DNA of 38,994 nucleotides from a virus: IMG/VR virus record IMGVR_UViG_3300028835_001421; one strand, given 5' to 3'. The notes under the pieces are model-generated. The model searched no databases. It worked only from the letters and a program-made list of their open reading frames with translations, and was not told the origin of the DNA. Position 1 is the stretch's first letter; each line of letters starts with the position of its first letter. The translations under genes were made by a program, and so were the position numbers. Positions 23,812 through 31,816 of this stretch are shown piece after piece.

Positions 23812-24279
23812 TCATGTGTCTAACCTTCTTTCGTATTCCATGGCCTCATAAAGTCTCTTAACTACATATTTAGTAACTGTTTGATTATGCTTTTTGGCTG
23901 CTATCCTGACTTGGTTCATTAATTCTGTAGGAATATCAACGTTCAATCTAGTTCTTCCTGGCCTAGCACTTTTTCGATCTTCTAGAAGTTTTTTATTACT
24001 ACGATCTAAAGATATAAATAAGTGTGTAGGATTAGTGCATAATTTGTTTTCACATATATGTCTAACATAATGATGTGCCGGTATTTTCCCTTTATGGGCC
24101 ATCCATGCAGCAATATGCAAACCAATACTTCTTACATTAACGTATACTCTGGTTTGATGTTTTTTACTTATTTTTCCTGACCACCCATAGCAGTCGCTAT
24201 CAGGATTAACTTTGGAGATTATCCTATGCTTATTAAGTGTTTTAAGTATTTTCTCTCTTAGTTCTAAAGTTACATTCAT
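23812..24279 (-). CDS. HNH endonuclease fused to a C-terminal ribbon-helix-helix domain
   Basis: HNH_3-like motif GLHIAAWMAHKGKIPAHHYVRHICENKLCTNPTHLF. The C-terminus, GRTRLNVDIPTELMNQVRIAAKKHNQTVTKYVVKRLYEAM, fits a beta-alpha-alpha RHH. SD agggggg. Confidence 0.8.
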   Translation of the reverse strand: MNVTLELREKILKTLNKHRIISKVNPDSDCYGWSGKISKKHQTRVYVNVRSIGLHIAAWMAHKGKIPAHHYVRHICENKLCTNPTHLFISLDRSNKKLLEDRKSARPGRTRLNVDIPTELMNQVRIAAKKHNQTVTKYVVKRLYEAMEYERRLDT

Positions 24280-24379
24280 TTTACCCCCCTAAGCTTCCGT
24301 GAGCGCAGTTAATTATTTGGTATGAATATTAAAAAAAATTACGCTCACGCTACAATGCGATTCGATTTCTATTTACCTT

Positions 24380-24408
24380 ATTGTACTATTCCTTATTACC
24401 CGTGTCAA
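24380..24408 (-). promoter_or_regulatory. Sigma70-like promoter P2 (near-duplicate of P1) upstream of the HNH-RHH gene
   Basis: On the minus strand: ttgaca (24408..24403), a 17-nt spacer cgggtaataaggaatag, then tacaat (24385..24380). Confidence 0.5.
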
Positions 24409-24494
24409 CAAACGTTATAAAAGTGTATTGTTTTGATGCAAAGCTCTGTTACGGTCTTTTAGATATAAATTTTAATTATAACTAGGAGGTAGTT

Positions 24495-26543
24495 ATGGCT
24501 GTAAATAAAAAAAACTTAAAGTTAGCGACTTTTAGTCCTGGTCAAGAAAAGGGTATTTATAAGGACCCACATGTTTCAAAAACAAGAGGTCCTTCCACGA
24601 AAGATAAAGATGAAATTGGATCTATGTGGATAGATTCAGGAAATGATAATGCATATGTTCTTACAAGTATTGTAGCTAATTCAGCTAACTGGGAGCTTTT
24701 CACAGATGAGGTTCCCACAACAGGAACCGATGGTCAGTTGTGGATAGGAGCCACTGGTGCAGCAGCAGCATGGAACAACCTTACATCTACTGGATTGTCT
24801 GTAACAATCACCAATACAGCAAATGGCATTAACCTTGAGGCAGCCGGTGTCGCGGCATTAACGTCCCTTGATTCTGATGTTGGAACAGCTACCCCAAATG
24901 CAGGTGTTATCGACATTACTGGTGGAACTAATATTGGTACAACTGGTGCACTAGGAATCCTAACGGTAAATCTTGATGCAAGTCCTTCTGTTGCTGGTTC
25001 TCTTACGGCTGGTGTTGATTTCACCATGACAAGTGGAACATGCACAATAACAAGTAGCGATTCAGCGGGTGATGATATATATCTTCATGCCGATGGCGGT
25101 GTTGGTGAGACTATAAATATTCACGCAGACCAAGGAACAGCGGTAGACTCTGTCACTATTCAGTCTGATGTTGGTGGCGTATTAATATCTTCTGGGCTTG
25201 CTACGGCAGATGCAATAAACATTGATGCTACTAATGCAGCTGGTGGTATTGACATTGATGCTGGAACAGCTGGCATTAGTATAGTTACGGTAAATGGGCC
25301 AATCGCACTTATTTCAGGAACTGGTGCAATAACAGTTGGTACTGATGCAGCTGCTCATGCAGTAACTGTTGGCTCAACAAACACCACAGCTTCTACAACA
25401 ATCCAATCAGGTTCCGGAGATGTAACAGTTACTTCTACTGACGCTGTCACTGTTGATGCAGCTGGCGTATTGGAGCTTAACTCTTCAGCTGGTGTTATTG
25501 GAATTGGTAATGATGCTGTTGCCCAAGCAATTAATATTGGTACAGGTGCTGCTGCTAGAACTATTACTATCGGTAATGGAACTGCTGCATCAGCTGTAGA
25601 CATTAATTGTGGTACTGGCGATGTAACCGTTGGAACAAACGCAACAGCGCATACGGTAACTGTTGGTTCTACAAATACAACTTCTAATGTCATTGTTCAA
25701 TCTGGTACAGGTGGAATACAGGAAACTAGTGGTGGTGCTTATGCGGTTGATGCAGTTGGCGCAGTTACTATTGAATCCTCTGGAAGCACAATCGGAATTG
25801 GTGTTGATGTTGTAGCTCAGGATATTAACATTGGTACGGGTGCCGCAGCTAGAACAGTAACAGTTGGTAATGGAACTGGTGCAACGTCTATTGTGGTTGA
25901 TTGTGGTACAGGTGCTTGTGATTTTGGCGCTAACGCTACTGCTCATACAACAACGGTTGGATCAGTAACCGCAGCGGCAGATACAAATCTATATGCTGGA
26001 ACTGGTGCTCTAACAATTGATGGCCTAGGTATCATTGATATTGATGCAGCTGGTGCTTTAAGCATTAACTCTGATGGTGGAGCTATTAACATAGGTAATG
26101 ATGCGGATGCCCAAGCTGTTAATGTTGGTACTGGTGGTGCTGCTCGTCCAGTTACTCTAGGTTCAACAAATACAACATCTGCAACAACTCTTCAGTCAGG
26201 AACTGGTGGTGTTTCAATTGAAGCTGCAGGTATAGTCGACATGGTTCCAGCCACAGCTACATTTGCTGGCGCTGCCGTAACCATTGATGCTAACGTTGGC
26301 GTAGGTACATTCACTGGTCTTACGACAGCATCGGCCGCAGCTCAGATATTTACAATTACTAACTCGGTAGTAGGTGCAGGTTCGGCGATATTTGTATCAG
26401 CCAGTAATCTTGGTGCTAACGATGCTCAAATGACTGTAACTCGCGTAACGCCTGGTGCAGGTTCATTTACTGTTACATTGACCAATAATGGCGCAGCAGC
26501 TCTTAACGGCAATGTTTTGATTACTTTTTGGATAATTGCTTAA
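24495..26543 (+). CDS. Tail fibre / beta-helix receptor-binding protein 1 (682 aa)
   Basis: SD ctaggaggtagtt. The N-terminal modules GTDGQLWIGATGAAAAWNNLTS and GGTNIGTTGALGILTVNLD are shared with the other fibre genes. The body is Gly/Thr/Ala/Val repeats. Confidence 0.75.
   Translation: MAVNKKNLKLATFSPGQEKGIYKDPHVSKTRGPSTKDKDEIGSMWIDSGNDNAYVLTSIVANSANWELFTDEVPTTGTDGQLWIGATGAAAAWNNLTSTGLSVTITNTANGINLEAAGVAALTSLDSDVGTATPNAGVIDITGGTNIGTTGALGILTVNLDASPSVAGSLTAGVDFTMTSGTCTITSSDSAGDDIYLHADGGVGETINIHADQGTAVDSVTIQSDVGGVLISSGLATADAINIDATNAAGGIDIDAGTAGISIVTVNGPIALISGTGAITVGTDAAAHAVTVGSTNTTASTTIQSGSGDVTVTSTDAVTVDAAGVLELNSSAGVIGIGNDAVAQAINIGTGAAARTITIGNGTAASAVDINCGTGDVTVGTNATAHTVTVGSTNTTSNVIVQSGTGGIQETSGGAYAVDAVGAVTIESSGSTIGIGVDVVAQDINIGTGAAARTVTVGNGTGATSIVVDCGTGACDFGANATAHTTTVGSVTAAADTNLYAGTGALTIDGLGIIDIDAAGALSINSDGGAINIGNDADAQAVNVGTGGAARPVTLGSTNTTSATTLQSGTGGVSIEAAGIVDMVPATATFAGAAVTIDANVGVGTFTGLTTASAAAQIFTITNSVVGAGSAIFVSASNLGANDAQMTVTRVTPGAGSFTVTLTNNGAAALNGNVLITFWIIA
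25338..26219 (+). repeat. Three tandem 294-nt (98-aa) repeats inside fibre gene 1
   Basis: Units begin at 25338, 25632 and 25926 (GTDAAAHAVTVGSTNTT / GTNATAHTVTVGSTNTT / GANATAHTTTVGSVTAA ... NIGTGAAARTxTxGNGT). Confidence 0.85.
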
Positions 26544-26657
26544 ATTAGTAATTAGCTTTGGATGGCTAGCTCACAGTTAGATCGTATATTTTATATGTGA
26601 AATGTTGTTTTGCTTAATAGGGCTAGCCGTCCAGAAATATCTATTTAAGGAGGATTG

Positions 26658-26978
26658 ATGTCCATCAAGAATTCCATAAATTATGTAAATCTTACATCGA
26701 TTGATTCCAGCACAATTGACGCGACTTTCCGTCCAATAAATCCATTAGGATTGGATGAAGGTTGCTTTTTAATTCGAATAACTAATGCATCCGATGCTGC
26801 AGCTAATGTTAGTTTTGATGGGGTTAGCGATGATCATTCACTGCAGCCTAATGCGATTATTGAAGTGTTTTGTCCTGGTTCATGCGATGAATACACAGGA
26901 GTTAGAAAGGGTAGCATCATTATGGTTCGCGGAGGAGCAGGAACGGGAATGATATATTTAAGTGGATATTATATTTAA
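26658..26978 (+). CDS. Small beta-rich protein, paralog 1 of 3 (106 aa)
   Basis: The ATG lies 4 nt after aggagg (the track TTG start is only 1 nt away). Shares the N.S/T-D...SFDG...G.G.xYLSGYY pattern with 27008..27343 and 27673..28017. Confidence 0.65.
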   Translation: MSIKNSINYVNLTSIDSSTIDATFRPINPLGLDEGCFLIRITNASDAAANVSFDGVSDDHSLQPNAIIEVFCPGSCDEYTGVRKGSIIMVRGGAGTGMIYLSGYYI

Positions 26979-27007
26979 GACTAATTCTATATTAGAAGGG
27001 TTAAAAT

Positions 27008-27343
27008 ATGGCTACAAAAAATGCAATTTTGTCTTTAACGCTTGATTTTGTAGATTCTGCAACTTTAAATGCTGTAACATTTACACAATTTGCCACTGGA
27101 GTTGTTCCAGAGTCAGCTTTTTCGTTAAGGTTTACCAATGATAGTAATCTTGGTTACGAAATTAGTTTTGATGGAACAAATCCACATGAATTTATTGTGT
27201 CTGGAGATGCAGTAAGCTTGAACCCAACGCTAACTTGTAAAGAAGCTTTTTTCAAAAAAGGAATTACAATATCAGCTCGAGGAGTTGCAGGAGTTGGGTT
27301 TCTTACCGCGAGTGGATTTTATTTAGATAAAGGAGAAAGATGA
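27008..27343 (+). CDS. Small beta-rich protein, paralog 2 of 3 (111 aa)
   Basis: Contains LRFTNDSNLGYEISFDGTNPHEF...ARGVAGVGFLTASGFYL, the same pattern as its neighbours. Confidence 0.65.
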   Translation: MATKNAILSLTLDFVDSATLNAVTFTQFATGVVPESAFSLRFTNDSNLGYEISFDGTNPHEFIVSGDAVSLNPTLTCKEAFFKKGITISARGVAGVGFLTASGFYLDKGER

Positions 27344-27594
27344 GCGAAGAAAAAAAAACAGATACGGCTAAGACAGTAGATATGGAGACTAAGACTATAA
27401 ACGATATGGTGATAGAGGTTACTGGAGAGAAGGGTAGGATTTATAGATTTTCAATGCCCTTCTACTCACCTTTACCAGAGTGCCATAATGCGGCCATTAA
27501 TACTGCAAACGAAATAGCTAGAATATTTAAAGAAGCAATTGATAAGCAAAAAGAGAAAGAAGAAGCTAAGAAGAAGGAAGATGAAACTAAGTAG
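27340..27594 (+). CDS. Hypothetical charged protein (84 aa)
   Basis: ATGA overlap with the upstream stop. SD aaaggagaaag. Lys/Glu-rich tail. Confidence 0.55.
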   Translation: MSEEKKTDTAKTVDMETKTINDMVIEVTGEKGRIYRFSMPFYSPLPECHNAAINTANEIARIFKEAIDKQKEKEEAKKKEDETK

Positions 27595-27611
27595 TTAATT
27601 AGCGACTGTTG

Positions 27612-27645
27612 TGCAGGGGTTTTGATAGCATTTTTTTCCCCTGCA
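27612..27645 (+). terminator. 8-bp GC-rich stem-loop with a T-rich loop
   Basis: tgcagggg (27612..27619), an 18-nt loop, then cccctgca (27638..27645). Confidence 0.4.
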
Positions 27646-27672
27646 TGACAAAATTAAAAATAAGGAGGTAGG

Positions 27673-28017
27673 ATGGCGCAATCTCAATCAATTAAACTTG
27701 CAGTTGAGCCGGTTAGATCATTAGCTTTTGGGTCTATAGCTGCTGGATACACTGGGGTGGGAACTTCTTTTGCTAATCCAGTAAGGATCCTTCATGTACA
27801 AAATTTAACAGATGTAACATTGATGTTTTCATATGACGGCGTTCTGGATCACTTTCCATTGGCTACAAGTTCGTATCTCTTGCTGGATATTACGTCTAAT
27901 AGGTCTAATGAGCAAGGCTATTATATTCCTGAAGGCGATCGACTTTACGTAAAGCAAGATGGTGTTCCTTCTAGTGGTTCTGTGTATGCAACAATATACT
28001 ACGGCGCAACAGAATAA
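27673..28017 (+). CDS. Small beta-rich protein, paralog 3 of 3 (114 aa)
   Basis: SD ataaggaggtagg. Contains LHVQNLTDVTLMFSYDGVLDHF...SSGSVYATIYYG, the same pattern as the other two paralogs. Confidence 0.65.
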   Translation: MAQSQSIKLAVEPVRSLAFGSIAAGYTGVGTSFANPVRILHVQNLTDVTLMFSYDGVLDHFPLATSSYLLLDITSNRSNEQGYYIPEGDRLYVKQDGVPSSGSVYATIYYGATE

Positions 28018-28029
28018 AAGGAGATAGAT

Positions 28030-31000
28030 ATGAGTCAAGCCGGACAATTTTTTCAAACAGGAGCTCTCGTTTCTCTAACCGGAGATTCTGGTGGTGTGAT
28101 AGGGCCAGTAGCAGGAAACATCAATATTCTTGGTGGAGCTGGTATTACAGTTGCAGGAACTCCTAATACCTTAACTATTTCTCACGCGGGTGTGTTCGCC
28201 GATTCTTTTCCTACAGATGCAGGTACTGCCGTTCCTGTAGCCGGTGATACTAACATACTTGGTGGGACTAATATAAATACAACAGGCGCTGGTAATACTG
28301 TAACTGTTATATTAGATGATAGTGTTTCTCTTGTTGGTTCTCTTACGGCTGGTACGTTTGTAACAGCGACTACAGGAAATATAACTACAACGGCGGGAAA
28401 TATAAATTCTGGTGGTTTAATAACTGCCTTTACTACAATTGAAGCTGGCACTGGTATCACAAGTGTCGTTGGAGATATAACCGCAAACGCTGGAAACGTT
28501 GTTTCTTTAATAGGATATGGTGATTTTGGTACAACTGTTACTGGTGGAACAGGCGTAATAGCTACTACTGGTAATGTTACTGCCACGGCAGGTGATCTTG
28601 TTGCAGGTGCTGATCTTACGGTTGGAGTAGATGTAACGCTTACTTCTATAACAGATGGCGGTCTTATTGTAGATTCAAGCGGTGTAGTCTCAGCTTCTGC
28701 TTCATTGACAATATCTACAGGTTTTGATCAATGGAGTGGTGGTGGGCCATTTTTTGATGATACTGTACTTGGATCATTTGAAGTGCTGACTGGTGGATCA
28801 GGATATATAAACGGGGTCCAGGTTTCATGGGCTGGTAGTCAGACTGTAACTGGTCTTCTCGCTGGGAACACTTACTTAATATATATAGACGACACTGGCA
28901 CAATCGGAAAGACTACAACTTTCAGTGGTCAGGATGCCTATCAGAATAACATTCCACTTTTTGAGGTATTAAGAGATTCTACGGGTACCAATATACAATA
29001 TACCGTTAAAGAGAATCATCCATTTGATTTTCCAGTTGCCGTATCTGTTTACAACCATGATGCAATAGGTACTATAATTGAAAACCAATTACAGGGTGCA
29101 AATATAACTCTTAATGGAACGCAAAAAATAGAGATTGTTGGGGCCGATGAATTAGATGATCATGGTTTGCATACAGTTATTCCAGATGGTGGTGGTGTAG
29201 CTGAAGTGTGGAATCAAATGTATACAACTGGTGCTGGAAAGTGGGCGACCTATCAAGCTTCAGATACATTTAATGGGTTTTGGAATAGCGCCGGAACACC
29301 TACAGCTGGCTCTGGTACTAGGTTTAGCATTTATACTCTTTATGTCTCTAAGGATAATATTACAGTTGATACTCCTATATATTGGGCTGTCTTAGATGAT
29401 CAAGAATACAATAACCTTGGAACAGCTGAAACGGCTATAGCCGATGGAACTGTATCACTAGCTACAGCTGAATTGGCCAAACTTGAACTAGCCCAGCTTG
29501 GTCATATAATTTATAGGCAATCTACAAGCACAATAGTTGAAGTAATTATAGAAAAGGCAACTCTTAGGGCGTTTTTCTCTACAGGAGGTGGAACTAACTT
29601 AGCTTCTTTAGTTCTTACGGATGTAGCTAACTTTGATGGGATTTTATCTGCTAGCGATACAACTGTTCAAGTAGCTCTTGAGACTATAGATGATTGGGGA
29701 TTGCCTCAGGTTAATATCTATTATGTTGGCAAGCATGGTAACGATGCAAACGATGGTTTAAGTATAAACAGAGCATTTCTTACTTTCGGAGCAGCTATAG
29801 CGGCAGCTTCATCGGGTGATGTTGTATCATGTGCCGATGATGGAATCTATACTGAAAATATAACGGGTGTGTCGGGCATAAATATCTACGCCCCAAATGC
29901 GATTCTTGCAGGTAGCCATTCTATAACAACAGATAATATTTGGACATTTGGTGAAATGACGGTAGCGACTGGTGTTACCGGTATAACTATGAACACAGCA
30001 AGTCAAAAAGCTAGCATCAATCTTAAAAGAATAGTTCTTTCTGGAACAGCAACAGGTTTTATTTGTTTGGCTGGTTCTTTAACGTTGTTTGTTGAGAGAA
30101 TCTCGCTTGATAATGGATTTGTGATAGGAAGTACAACTACAGACGACATACAGATTTCGTTTTTATGTCTGTATGTAATAGGAACAGGAACAGTATTTGG
30201 TTGTACAACAGGTGGAGCACTTCAGGCAAGTGGTGATTCTATAAGAAATATGGGCGCTGGAGACGGAACGGCTTTTCTTACATCTGGTGGAGGAACTCCA
30301 GAAATTCATTTAACAGTTTCTAATCTAGACTTAGATAAGCTATCCGATATTACAGCTGCTTCGATAGTTAGTCTGAATGTTTCTAACCTTGCTGGAACAT
30401 TGACTGAAATAGGAGCTGGCAACGTAGTAATCGGTGGCGCTACAAAAATTGAAGGTGTACCAATAGGAGCAGTCACACCTAGTACAGGGGCATTTACTAC
30501 TCTTTCAGCAACTACACCAGTTGGTGTAGCATCTGGTGGAACAGGGGCTGCCACTCTTACTGACCATGGTGTTCTTGTTGGTTCTGGAGTTGGAGCTATT
30601 ACTCCGCTGGCTGTTGGAACTAATGGACAGCTTCTTGTTGGCTCTACAGGAGCAGACCCTGTATTTGCTACTGTGGCGTCTGCGGATAATTCTATAGAAG
30701 TTACTGGTGGTGCTGGAACTATAGATCTTTCTTCTACTGGAACGATAGCTGTAAACAACCAGACCGGAACTACTTACGAACTTCTAGCTAGTGATAGAGG
30801 TAAGATAGTCACGTGTACAAACGCTGCTGCTATTGCAGTTACGATTCCTGTTAATGCTGATGTTGCGATGGATATCGGAACTAACGTTCTCATATCACAA
30901 AATGGTGCAGGAGTGGTAACTCTAACGCCAGAGGGTGGTGTGACCTTGAGGTCTAGGGGAGCGTTATTAGATACTGCTGGGCAGTACGCTATAGCCTCTG

Positions 31001-31050
31001 TTACTAAGATAGCGACAGATGAGTGGCTCTGTGGTGGCGACCTTGCTTAG
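28030..31050 (+). CDS. Tailspike / fibre 2 with a probable right-handed beta-helix (depolymerase-like) domain (1006 aa)
   Basis: SD aaaggagatagat. The N-terminus shares modules with fibres 1 and 3. The segment from about nt 29700 (IYYVGKHGNDANDGLSINRAFLTFGAAIAAASSGDVVSCADDGIYTENI) resembles the entry motif of pectin-lyase-fold tailspikes. The C-terminal part carries a GTNGQLLVGSTGADPVFATV module. Confidence 0.75.
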   Translation: MSQAGQFFQTGALVSLTGDSGGVIGPVAGNINILGGAGITVAGTPNTLTISHAGVFADSFPTDAGTAVPVAGDTNILGGTNINTTGAGNTVTVILDDSVSLVGSLTAGTFVTATTGNITTTAGNINSGGLITAFTTIEAGTGITSVVGDITANAGNVVSLIGYGDFGTTVTGGTGVIATTGNVTATAGDLVAGADLTVGVDVTLTSITDGGLIVDSSGVVSASASLTISTGFDQWSGGGPFFDDTVLGSFEVLTGGSGYINGVQVSWAGSQTVTGLLAGNTYLIYIDDTGTIGKTTTFSGQDAYQNNIPLFEVLRDSTGTNIQYTVKENHPFDFPVAVSVYNHDAIGTIIENQLQGANITLNGTQKIEIVGADELDDHGLHTVIPDGGGVAEVWNQMYTTGAGKWATYQASDTFNGFWNSAGTPTAGSGTRFSIYTLYVSKDNITVDTPIYWAVLDDQEYNNLGTAETAIADGTVSLATAELAKLELAQLGHIIYRQSTSTIVEVIIEKATLRAFFSTGGGTNLASLVLTDVANFDGILSASDTTVQVALETIDDWGLPQVNIYYVGKHGNDANDGLSINRAFLTFGAAIAAASSGDVVSCADDGIYTENITGVSGINIYAPNAILAGSHSITTDNIWTFGEMTVATGVTGITMNTASQKASINLKRIVLSGTATGFICLAGSLTLFVERISLDNGFVIGSTTTDDIQISFLCLYVIGTGTVFGCTTGGALQASGDSIRNMGAGDGTAFLTSGGGTPEIHLTVSNLDLDKLSDITAASIVSLNVSNLAGTLTEIGAGNVVIGGATKIEGVPIGAVTPSTGAFTTLSATTPVGVASGGTGAATLTDHGVLVGSGVGAITPLAVGTNGQLLVGSTGADPVFATVASADNSIEVTGGAGTIDLSSTGTIAVNNQTGTTYELLASDRGKIVTCTNAAAIAVTIPVNADVAMDIGTNVLISQNGAGVVTLTPEGGVTLRSRGALLDTAGQYAIASVTKIATDEWLCGGDLA

Positions 31051-31123
31051 TGTGACATTGGCGCCAAGAAGTAATACTTTCATGATAGATAAAGTTGATA
31101 GTTTTAAATTAACTGGAGATATC

Positions 31124-31816
31124 ATGAAAGTATGTAAAGTTGCTCAGCGCAATAGGATTGACTGCTATGAATGGCGTGATGCAGTTTTTGAAAGAGATAA
31201 TTTTACCTGTCAAGATTGCGGTAGCTCAGGAGATGCCATATTAATCCATGCACATCACATTAAATGTTGGGATGAATATCCTGAGCTTAGGATTGAAATT
31301 AGTAACGGTATAACTTTATGTAGCTCATGCCACGCCAGATTGCACGGAAAGCAGAAGTGTAATTTTATGAAAGATGGCGTATCGTTACTTAAGGGTAGGA
31401 CGTTAAGCAAGGAGCATTGCAAAAAACTTAGCGAAGCTCACAAAGGAAAGAAGCTTAGCCTAGAACATCGAGAGAAGCTTAAAGGCAGAACCCCCTGGAA
31501 TAAAGGAACAAAAGGAATAGTTGTTTCTGGTATGAAAGGAAAAACGCAGAGTGCCGAGGCAAGAAAGAAAATGCGTGATGCTAAAAAAGGTAAGAAATTA
31601 AGTGAGGCGCACAAAGAAGCACTAAAAGGTCGTACTCCATGGATGAAGGGAAAAAGGCATACTGAAGAGAGCTTAAAAAAAATGAGTGATTCACTTAAGG
31701 GAAAGGTTTCGTGGATGAAAGGCAAAACCCACACAGAAGAATCTAAGAAAAAAATGAGTGAATCTTCTAAAGGAAAAGTTCCATGGAATAAAGGACTTAG
31801 AAAGGATGTAGCATGA
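31124..31816 (+). CDS. HNH homing endonuclease with NUMOD3-like repeats
   Basis: The start is refined to the ATG 4-5 nt after ggaga (the track start lies inside the tailspike gene). HNH motif: CQDCGS...HAHHIKCW...NGITLCSSCHARLH. At least five KG-x-SxEHxxKL-type repeats follow. Confidence 0.85.
   Translation: MKVCKVAQRNRIDCYEWRDAVFERDNFTCQDCGSSGDAILIHAHHIKCWDEYPELRIEISNGITLCSSCHARLHGKQKCNFMKDGVSLLKGRTLSKEHCKKLSEAHKGKKLSLEHREKLKGRTPWNKGTKGIVVSGMKGKTQSAEARKKMRDAKKGKKLSEAHKEALKGRTPWMKGKRHTEESLKKMSDSLKGKVSWMKGKTHTEESKKKMSESSKGKVPWNKGLRKDVA

Noticed and set aside
24734-25946. Minus-strand track ORFs 24734..25045, 25355..25693 and 25590..25946 inside fibre gene 1
   Set aside because: They are antisense to a long plus-strand gene with a strong SD and a clear repeat architecture. 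The Gly/Thr/Ala/Val codon repeats (GGT/ACT/GCT/GTT) lack stops on the reverse strand. These ORFs have no SD, and their translations are low-complexity.
25338-26219. Periodic repeats in the fibre gene as a CRISPR array or other non-coding repeat element
   Set aside because: The period is 294 nt and the units are diverged and entirely in-frame coding. There is no short conserved repeat alternating with unique spacers.
26560-26632. Long-range 11-bp pairing (ggatggctagc / gctagccgtcc) after fibre gene 1
   Set aside because: The loop is 51 nt, the stem includes one G-U pair and there is no U-tract. It is plausible but much weaker than the other stem-loops, so it is not called as a terminator.
28182-30758. 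Minus-strand track ORFs 28182..28586, 28715..28903 and 30306..30758 inside the tailspike gene, plus 33110..33316 in fibre 3
   Set aside because: The same artefact applies: the reverse frames of G/T/A/V-rich fibre sequence stay open. No SD sites are present and they are fully nested in a 1006-aa (or 577-aa) gene.
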